Notes under the pieces: model-generated
What the model saw: only the letters and a program-made list of their open reading frames with translations
Told to the model about the DNA's origin: nothing
Database searches by the model: none
DNA from: a virus
Direction: 5' to 3' (one strand)
IMG/VR virus record: IMGVR_UViG_3300005056_000004
DNA length: 48,053 nt
Part shown: positions 34,002 through 40,414 of the stretch, piece after piece
How positions within the stretch are numbered: position 1 is the stretch's first letter
Layout of the letters: every line of letters starts with the position of its first letter
Made by a program: the position numbers and the translations under genes

Positions 34002-34024
34002 AAAAAATTTTCAAATGGCGGCGA
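34002..34024. repeat. Right copy of the 23-bp perfect inverted repeat (aaaaaattttcaaatggcggcga)
   Basis: Exact reverse complement of 33255-33277. The CAAATGGCGGCGA part recurs at 35029-35041 and, with one mismatch, at 35379-35391. Confidence 0.9.
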
Positions 34025-34035
34025 CTTATCGCAAT

Positions 34036-34058
34036 GGGGGGGGGTCGTATTTTTTTTT
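34036..34058 (+). repeat. Homopolymer pair: G9 (34036-34044) followed by T9 (34050-34058)
   Basis: Counted directly as gggggggggtcgtattttttttt. This is the only G/C run longer than 5 that I noticed in the window. Confidence 0.85.
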
Positions 34059-34174
34059 AAAATTGCGGAGAAAACACCAGGGAGTAAAATATTTTTAGTA
34101 AATTATGCAGCTACTTCAAAAACAGTTTTGGAGCAAATCTAGCTAGTTCTAAATTGGAACATACTGAGAATAAT

Positions 34175-34238
34175 ACTTAATTTTATTAAGGTAAAAATGT
34201 CCTCAATAACTTAATTTGATTAAGGTAAAAATGTCCTC
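34175..34238 (+). repeat. Tandem direct repeat, 30 nt x2, period 34 (acttaattt[t/g]attaaggtaaaaatgtcctc)
   Basis: 34175-34204 and 34209-34238 differ at one position. Confidence 0.85.
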
Positions 34239-34252
34239 TCTATATATAATAC

Positions 34253-34276
34253 CTATTCTTTTATAAAAAAGAATAG
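34253..34276 (-). terminator. Hairpin (10-bp stem ctattctttt/aaaagaatag, 4-nt loop) just downstream of the repressor gene
   Basis: Read directly. It lies 20 nt after the stop of the minus-strand gene 34296-34703, with A/T-rich flanks on both sides. Confidence 0.5.
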
Positions 34277-34295
34277 TATATACAGCATTTTTTTC

Positions 34296-34703
34296 TTATA
34301 TCTTTGCCATCTCTTGGAACTCTTTTAGTCTCACTATTATCTGCTCCATAAATTTATCTGGAGCATACTCCAGTAGATTAATGAGTTCTTGCATTTTAGT
34401 AGAGTTACTTATCTTTTCTAAAAGTAGTGGATCTATGGAAGAGTTAAAAGCTAGTTCTATTTTAGATATATCATTTAGGAGTATCTCTGACTCACTAAGC
34501 TTCATATTTCCATTACCTGTAAGTAACCAGTCGATAGATACTGAATACTTATTTCTGATGAGCTTTGATATGTTTGATGGTATTTCTCTTGTACCATTTA
34601 TATAGTGAGTATAACTATTTTGTGTTATTCCAAGCTCATGTGCAAAATCTTTTTTATTAAGTTCTAAACTCGCTCTGAGTTCTTCTAGGGGTACATTTAT
34701 CAT
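34296..34703 (-). CDS. XRE/cI-family HTH repressor
   Basis: LRASLELNKKDFAHELGITQNSYTHYINGTREIP is a canonical HTH_3 motif. It is divergently oriented to a rightward operon. Confidence 0.8.
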   Translation of the reverse strand: MINVPLEELRASLELNKKDFAHELGITQNSYTHYINGTREIPSNISKLIRNKYSVSIDWLLTGNGNMKLSESEILLNDISKIELAFNSSIDPLLLEKISNSTKMQELINLLEYAPDKFMEQIIVRLKEFQEMAKI

Positions 34704-34731
34704 TTAATATCCTTTAATAGTTTGATTCCTA

Positions 34732-34760
34732 TTGACATAATCACTCAATAAGTATATAAT
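34732..34760 (+). promoter_or_regulatory. Consensus sigma70-type promoter (TTGACA-17 nt-TATAAT) driving the rightward operon
   Basis: ttgaca at 34732-34737 and tataat at 34755-34760 with a 17-nt spacer. An 18-bp quasi-palindrome, atataattgcaactatat (34754-34771, 16/18 symmetric), overlaps the -10. Confidence 0.6.
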
Positions 34761-34811
34761 TGCAACTATATTTATATATTATAAAACAAATGACACATTA
34801 GGGGCTTAAAC

Positions 34812-35051
34812 ATGGAAATTAAATCTATCACTAAAACTTTTGAAATTCCAATGAAAAAAGAAGAAGTTGTTCAGATACTAAGAATAACAACACTTGCACT
34901 CGATAGAGCGATACGTAATAAAAAAATATCTTATTTGAAAGTAGGACATACTTTTACATTCACGGCTGAACAAGTAAATGCTTATATTGAACAAAATACA
35001 TTTCATTCAAAATATGAAAAAAATAAAACAAATGGCGGCGAAAATAATTAA
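34812..35051 (+). CDS. Excisionase/MerR-like HTH_17 DNA-binding protein
   Basis: VQILRITTLALDRAIRNKKISYLKVGHTFTFTAEQVNAYIE fits the Xis/AlpA-type winged helix. Confidence 0.6.
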   Translation: MEIKSITKTFEIPMKKEEVVQILRITTLALDRAIRNKKISYLKVGHTFTFTAEQVNAYIEQNTFHSKYEKNKTNGGENN

Positions 35052-35692
35052 TGCTTTATAACCTTTATGCAAACCAAGAGATGGGTCGGATTGAGAAGAT
35101 TAGTGGAAATGCTGTTTTAGTCTTTGAGGCTATAAAGCAGCTTATGGCACTTAATTATATTGAGATTGTTATTTATGAAGACAAAAGACATTATATATTG
35201 CATCAAGAGCTTATACTCCAACAAATCCCACTTTTTATTAAAACTACTAAAACACTTAGTCGAGCTATCGTAGAACTAAAAGAAGTAGACCTCATTATCT
35301 ATAGCGGCACAAACAGACAGCCTGCTTATGCTTTTACAGATAAGGCAATGTCGTATATCACAAGGTCCACTGGTTCCGCAAATGGCGGTGAAACTATTTT
35401 GGCTGAAAGTCAGAAACAAAAAAAGAAACCACTCTTTGATTTAAACCGCCCTACAAAACTATCAGACCTTAAACCAGAGTATTATCAACTCTTAGAAGTT
35501 CATGCTAAAAAAATGTGTGTCACGAAAAATATTTCCTTTGAAGAGTTCGGTAGCTTTGTCGATCATCATGGTTCCAAAGGGACAAAGTTCATTAACTATC
35601 TGAGAGCATTTTCAACATGGCTTCGTAACTATAAAAAATACAATCAAGCAAATGATGCAGAAAGTGGCACTATTGCTGGTGTGAAGCTTTAA
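35051..35692 (+). CDS. Putative replication initiation or organiser protein (winged-helix-like)
   Basis: 213 aa, upstream of the helicase. The gene body contains the GC-rich motif copy at 35379-35391, and another copy (35029-35041) abuts its start. The functional call is positional. Confidence 0.3.
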   Translation: MLYNLYANQEMGRIEKISGNAVLVFEAIKQLMALNYIEIVIYEDKRHYILHQELILQQIPLFIKTTKTLSRAIVELKEVDLIIYSGTNRQPAYAFTDKAMSYITRSTGSANGGETILAESQKQKKKPLFDLNRPTKLSDLKPEYYQLLEVHAKKMCVTKNISFEEFGSFVDHHGSKGTKFINYLRAFSTWLRNYKKYNQANDAESGTIAGVKL

Positions 35693-35693
35693 T

Positions 35694-36140
35694 ATGATTC
35701 GCTTTCTTGATGGACTTGTTTTACTTAAAGAACTTGATGATATTTCGGGTGCAAAAACATTATCATATAAATTAAGAAAACAGCACAATGAATCCATAGT
35801 TACAATTAATCGAACAGCATATATTTACAGATACTTGCTTGATGAAGAAACTCAAAAAATAGTAACTAACTTGGATGATTATGTTCAAGTTGGTGTTCTT
35901 GCAGATAAAATATCTACAGATAGACTCAATATAAAAAAACGGATAAAACTCATGAAAGCTAATCCACAACTAAATCTTTTTGAGTATTTAGAAGTTGCTG
36001 GTCAGTACTTTATTAAAATGGATGCAGAACTTAAATACTTACTTACTTACTTTCAGCCATTTAGCGCAACTCTAATAGAATTATCAAAACCAGATATTAA
36101 ATTAAAAATGCTTGGCGATTTCAGAATAGGATTTTACTAA
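35694..36140 (+). CDS. Hypothetical protein
   Basis: 148-aa ORF, tightly packed. Confidence 0.5.
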   Translation: MIRFLDGLVLLKELDDISGAKTLSYKLRKQHNESIVTINRTAYIYRYLLDEETQKIVTNLDDYVQVGVLADKISTDRLNIKKRIKLMKANPQLNLFEYLEVAGQYFIKMDAELKYLLTYFQPFSATLIELSKPDIKLKMLGDFRIGFY

Positions 36141-36328
36141 TGAGCAATATTGACTGGCTAAACACCGACACTTTAGCTATTGAGTTTGGAATAGCTAAAA
36201 GCACTCAAGCAAAATATCGTAGTGAAAAAACTATACCATACTCTAAGGTGGGCGGCTTTATATACTACTCAAGAAAGAAAATAAACGCATGGATAGAGAG
36301 CCATAGCTTTGAAGCAGAGGGAGCTTAA
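36140..36328 (+). CDS. Second excisionase-family HTH_17 protein
   Basis: LAIEFGIAKSTQAKYRSEKTIPYSKVGGFIYYSRKKINAWIE. Confidence 0.6.
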   Translation: MSNIDWLNTDTLAIEFGIAKSTQAKYRSEKTIPYSKVGGFIYYSRKKINAWIESHSFEAEGA

Positions 36329-36330
36329 AA

Positions 36331-37680
36331 ATGGTAAACACGGAAAATATAGAAAATATACGAATACTCATACTTGCATCTATACTTAGTGCTAATGAGT
36401 TTGGAGAGCTAGATTTAAACATTGTTATGACTAGCGGTATAAATAAAGAGTGGTTTAAAGACGATGCTCAAAGAGCTATGTTTGAAGTTATGAATGTTTG
36501 TTATGATGGTGACATAGCATTTGACGACCACACTATTTTGAGTTATATGAAAAAAGCAGGCATTGAGCATCCTGAGCAGATAATGCTTAATGTTATGAGT
36601 CAGACACAGGTGCCACAAACCATAGTCATGGAACACATAGCAACACTTAAAGAGGTTCATCATAGAGATATGCTTACTCTTTTGAGTCTTGAACTTCCTA
36701 AGCTGCTTAGCGATGAAAGTTTAAGTAGCGAAGCTATCACTCAAACTCTTCAAAACGCACTTGATGACTTCTCTTTTTTAAATAAGGGAAAGTCCACAAG
36801 AAGACTTAGCGAAGTGCGAGCCATTAGAAAAGCAAAACCTCCCGCTCAAAGGCTCAGAACTTACATACCATTTATAGATACAGTTCTTACAGATAAACAT
36901 GGGAACAGTGGCATAAGAAATGAGGGTTTATTTTTTATAAGCGGTAAAAAACAGAGTGGAAAAACCTACATACTCACACGTATCATAGAAAATGTATCTA
37001 AAGAGCATCCTGTAATGTTTGGAAGTATGGAGTTTGGGCAAGAGCTTTATGATGAAAATGTAGAGCAACAACAAGAGGATGGAAACTTTGAGGGGAACAT
37101 AGAGAACATACATACCTTTGATGACATTTATGATGTTGGTGGGATTATTGCAGAGATAAGACTACAGCATAAGTTATATGGAATCAAGCTTGTAGCACTA
37201 GACTCTATGATGAGAATGACAAATAATCACCCAGACCTTAAAACAGATGAGAGAAGAATATCTGAGATGTTCTCACGACTTGGAAAACTGAGCAAAGAGT
37301 TAAAAGTTCCTATCATTGTAGTTGTGCAGAGTTCTAAAGAAGACTTAAAATCAAGCATCATCAGTGTTAAGGGAAGTATGAATGCTGACCACGAGGCTTA
37401 CGTTTGGTTTCATCTTGCAAAGAGTAAACCTAAAGAGCCAGATGATGAGATGAGAAATGTTATTTGGAACAAAAACAAAGATACTCATAAGCACCCTATC
37501 CAAACACTTATGTTTGTGCCTCAAACAAGTGACTTCTATAGAGTAGAAGTTGATGAGCATGGCAATGCTGGTAAGGCACTTGATAAGTACAGAAAGCCAC
37601 CTCAAAAAGCTGTAGTGACTGTTTATGAAGAGATACCATCTTCTGTTGAAGCTCCGACATACGATATGCCGCAGTTTTAA
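36331..37680 (+). CDS. dnaB: DnaB-like replicative helicase
   Basis: 449 aa with Walker A SGKKQSGKTY. LVALDSMMRM is Walker B-like. VVVQSSKE resembles the DnaB QLNR region. The N-terminal helical domain is ILILASILSANEF. Confidence 0.7.
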   Translation: MVNTENIENIRILILASILSANEFGELDLNIVMTSGINKEWFKDDAQRAMFEVMNVCYDGDIAFDDHTILSYMKKAGIEHPEQIMLNVMSQTQVPQTIVMEHIATLKEVHHRDMLTLLSLELPKLLSDESLSSEAITQTLQNALDDFSFLNKGKSTRRLSEVRAIRKAKPPAQRLRTYIPFIDTVLTDKHGNSGIRNEGLFFISGKKQSGKTYILTRIIENVSKEHPVMFGSMEFGQELYDENVEQQQEDGNFEGNIENIHTFDDIYDVGGIIAEIRLQHKLYGIKLVALDSMMRMTNNHPDLKTDERRISEMFSRLGKLSKELKVPIIVVVQSSKEDLKSSIISVKGSMNADHEAYVWFHLAKSKPKEPDDEMRNVIWNKNKDTHKHPIQTLMFVPQTSDFYRVEVDEHGNAGKALDKYRKPPQKAVVTVYEEIPSSVEAPTYDMPQF

Positions 37681-37800
37681 GAGAGCTTATACATAGAGTT
37701 TCCCTCGGGAAAAATTAAAAAGGAAAATAGTTATGATTGCAACACAGAAAAAAAAGTTAAGAAAAAAAAGAAAAGATAGACTAGAAAAAGGAGATGTAAC

Positions 37801-38220
37801 ATGAAACAGTTTATTGGAACAAAGATTGTAAAAGCAAAAGTTATGAATAGATTAGATTATAATTTATTTAGAGGATGGAAATTGCCAGATGATGAAAATG
37901 GTTCAGATGATGGATATTTAGTTGAATACTTAGATGGTGGAGAGCCAAACACTAAAGAATATAATGGATATGTCTCATGGAGTCCTAAAGAGCAGTTTGA
38001 AAATGCTTATAAAGAGAGTGGTAACTTATCGTTTGGAGATGCAATTACATATTTGAAACAAGGTAAAAAAGTTGCTAGAAAAATATGGAATGGTAAAAAG
38101 ATGTTTCTATTTTATGTTCCATCAAGTTCTTATATTGCAATGAAAACTACACAAGACAATGTAGTCCCGTGGTTAGCAAGTCAAATAGATATGTTAAGTG
38201 ATGATTGGGAGGTCCTATAA
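37801..38220 (+). CDS. Two-domain protein whose C-terminal half resembles DUF2829 (Tad2-like)
   Basis: FGDAITYLKQGKKVARKIWNGKKMFLFYVP matches my recollection of the DUF2829 signature (FGEALxALKxGKKVARxGWNGK). The N-terminal half, IGTKIVKAKVMNRLDYNLFRGWKLPDDE...GYLVEY...GYVSWSPKEQFENAYK, is a common phage module. Confidence 0.55.
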   Translation: MKQFIGTKIVKAKVMNRLDYNLFRGWKLPDDENGSDDGYLVEYLDGGEPNTKEYNGYVSWSPKEQFENAYKESGNLSFGDAITYLKQGKKVARKIWNGKKMFLFYVPSSSYIAMKTTQDNVVPWLASQIDMLSDDWEVL

Positions 38221-38783
38221 TGTCAAATATAGGAAGAGTTTATAGAGATAGTTTTGTGAAGGATGGGAAGAAGTTCCCTATTTTAGTTTTAGATATTAGA
38301 ACGATTAGTATTCGTAAAAAGTTTAGTATAAGCGTGAATAAAAATAAGTATGAAGATGGAAATGTTTTATCACAGCCTGTTGCTGGTAAAGAGGAGTATC
38401 CTGATTATCACATTTGGCATAACTTCTCTAACCGTGGAGAGTCTTTACCATCACAAATAGTTGGAGACATCAGAAACGCAGTGAGTGATAGTGGACTTGA
38501 TTATAAAAAAGCGAAACTTTTTGACCCTTTTATATCTGATAAAAACATCTACTTCACCATTTTTGCAGTTGATGATGATAAGAAAATAGATGAAAACCAT
38601 CTTTACAACGTTGTAGCTAAACCATATAGACCAAGTGCAATTACTCAAAGCGGTGACTACTCTCAACCAGCACAATCACACTATACAAACAGTACCCAGA
38701 GTGCTCAGACATATAAAAAGCAAGATGGCGAAGATATACCTGTTATTGTTGAGAGTGTAAATGAAGATGAGATTCCATTTTAG
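38205..38783 (+). CDS. DUF736-like protein with a Q/S-rich linker and SSB-type acidic C-terminal tip (DEIPF). Small terminase by position is an alternative
   Basis: The C-terminus is ...ESVNEDEIPF* (bacterial SSB tips end DDDIPF). PDYHIW and LFDPFISDKNIYFTIF resemble DUF736 blocks. Confidence 0.4.
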   Translation: MGGPIMSNIGRVYRDSFVKDGKKFPILVLDIRTISIRKKFSISVNKNKYEDGNVLSQPVAGKEEYPDYHIWHNFSNRGESLPSQIVGDIRNAVSDSGLDYKKAKLFDPFISDKNIYFTIFAVDDDKKIDENHLYNVVAKPYRPSAITQSGDYSQPAQSHYTNSTQSAQTYKKQDGEDIPVIVESVNEDEIPF

Positions 38784-38786
38784 CAC

Positions 38787-40343
38787 ATGAGTGAAATAAA
38801 AAAAGCATTAGCAAAGAAAAAAGCGGAACCTGTTGTTCTTGCTCTTGCTAAGAAGTCATTGCTACACTATGTTCGTTATATGTTTGAGGAGTATCACGAG
38901 GTTACTTTTCTTGAAGCGTGGTATCACGAGCTACTTTGCAACGCTTTAATGAAAGTGCTTACCGGAGAAACTACACGACTCATAATAAACATACCCCCAT
39001 CTTATGGAAAAACGGAACTTGCGGTAAAGGCTTTAATATCTTGGGCTTTAGGAAACAATCCTTGGATGCGATTTATATACGCTTCGTACTCAAACGAGTT
39101 AGCAACTGAAACCCCTGCAGATGTAAAAAGTATGATAACTTCTAACGCTTATAAAAAAGTGTTCGGAGAAAAGAAGCTTAACAAAACTGCCGACCAAAAA
39201 TGGTACTTAGATAAAAATGGAAAAAAAGATGGCGGTATGTTCTCGACTACTATCGCTGGCGGCGTAACTGGTTTTCACTCTGACATACTTATCATAGATG
39301 ACCCTATGAAAGCTTTTGACAAGAACTCAAAGGCTGCGAGAGATGATACCATTCGGTTTTATACCGGTACTGCGAGTACACGACTAAGAAAGTCAAATCC
39401 TAACCCTGCCATTATAGTCATTATGCAGCGGCTTCACGAGAAAGATTTGGTAGGCTATCTGCTTGATGAAGAGCCAGACTTATGGACACACATAAATCTT
39501 ACAGGTATAGAGCCTAGAGAGACTATTTATGAGTTTTTTGATTTTTATTATAAACGAGAATCACATGAACCACTTAATCCACTCTTTGAAAATAGAGAAG
39601 CTTTAGAGACTCAAAAAGAGGTAATGAAAGAGGACTGGTACTCTCAGTATATGCAGGACCCTCGAACAATAGAAACCGGTTACGTCAAAGATGAAGACTT
39701 TACGACTATTGCATCGTGGGAGCTTACAGATGATAATAAGTGCATAAGCATAGACCCTGCTCAAAGCACTAAAGAGACAGCCGATAATAGAGCAATATCT
39801 GTAGTGGGTGTTGCTCTAAGCATAGAAAAAACAGAACTATTTAATGTGTATGGTACTTGGTTCGGTGTTTGGGGCAATGAAGAGTTTATAAATAAAATAA
39901 TAGAAATTATGATAGCAAACAATAGTGTACCTGTATTCATGGAGTCAAGCGGTGGGGGGATAATTACAGAGCAGTATCTTAAAAAGAGAATAGCAGTTGT
40001 AAACTTAGAACTCAAAAAAGCAGGACAACCCATGCTTACAAATAGGATTACCCTCTTTAATCCAAAAACAAAGATAAGCAAAAACCAAAAAATAGACCAG
40101 AGTATCACCTACTTAAAAAACCATCAAATAAGACTTGTTAATGGCGGAGCAGGACAAGAACAAGTAAGAACCGAGTACAAAGGTTTTCATCCTGAAAAAG
40201 ACTCCAAAGAAGATGACTGCATGGAAACTATCGCGAATGTGGTAGTAAACGACTTTGTATCTCCTAAAATAATAAAAGATATGAACACTATAAAAATTCA
40301 AAAACATTCTCATAAACAGAGATTTGGAAAGTTTAGAATTTAA
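38787..40343 (+). CDS. terL: Terminase large subunit
   Basis: Walker A-like IPPSYGKTE, Walker B ILIIDDPMK, coupling motif IVIMQRLHEKDL, and a C-terminal nuclease-like region with acidic residues. 518 aa. Confidence 0.85.
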   Translation: MSEIKKALAKKKAEPVVLALAKKSLLHYVRYMFEEYHEVTFLEAWYHELLCNALMKVLTGETTRLIINIPPSYGKTELAVKALISWALGNNPWMRFIYASYSNELATETPADVKSMITSNAYKKVFGEKKLNKTADQKWYLDKNGKKDGGMFSTTIAGGVTGFHSDILIIDDPMKAFDKNSKAARDDTIRFYTGTASTRLRKSNPNPAIIVIMQRLHEKDLVGYLLDEEPDLWTHINLTGIEPRETIYEFFDFYYKRESHEPLNPLFENREALETQKEVMKEDWYSQYMQDPRTIETGYVKDEDFTTIASWELTDDNKCISIDPAQSTKETADNRAISVVGVALSIEKTELFNVYGTWFGVWGNEEFINKIIEIMIANNSVPVFMESSGGGIITEQYLKKRIAVVNLELKKAGQPMLTNRITLFNPKTKISKNQKIDQSITYLKNHQIRLVNGGAGQEQVRTEYKGFHPEKDSKEDDCMETIANVVVNDFVSPKIIKDMNTIKIQKHSHKQRFGKFRI

Positions 40344-40380
40344 ACATTATAAATCCACATACCACTTACATACTTTTTTA
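40341..40380 (+). promoter_or_regulatory. Conserved operon-leader box, copy B (core 40356-40368)
   Basis: 39/40 identical to 1799-1838. It begins at the terL stop codon, and the next start codon is 46 nt after the core. Confidence 0.5.
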
Positions 40381-40414
40381 TGGTTAATATTTTCTTAATA
40401 ATTAAAGGTGGATT

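Noticed and set aside
33751-34003. ORFs 33751-33945 (minus) and 33812-34003 (plus) in the noncoding region.
   Set aside because: They overlap each other antisense, have no SD sequence or coupling to neighbours, and have odd composition. Treated as chance ORFs in G/T-rich DNA, although a small peptide cannot be fully excluded.
33255-34024. The 23-bp inverted repeats as termini of an IS element or MITE.
   Set aside because: There is no transposase ORF between them and no target-site duplication in the flanks (cacaaaac versus cttatcgc). The GC-rich half of the repeat also occurs twice more in direct orientation, which points to a protein-binding site. Inversion by a recombinase remains open and is listed as a finding.
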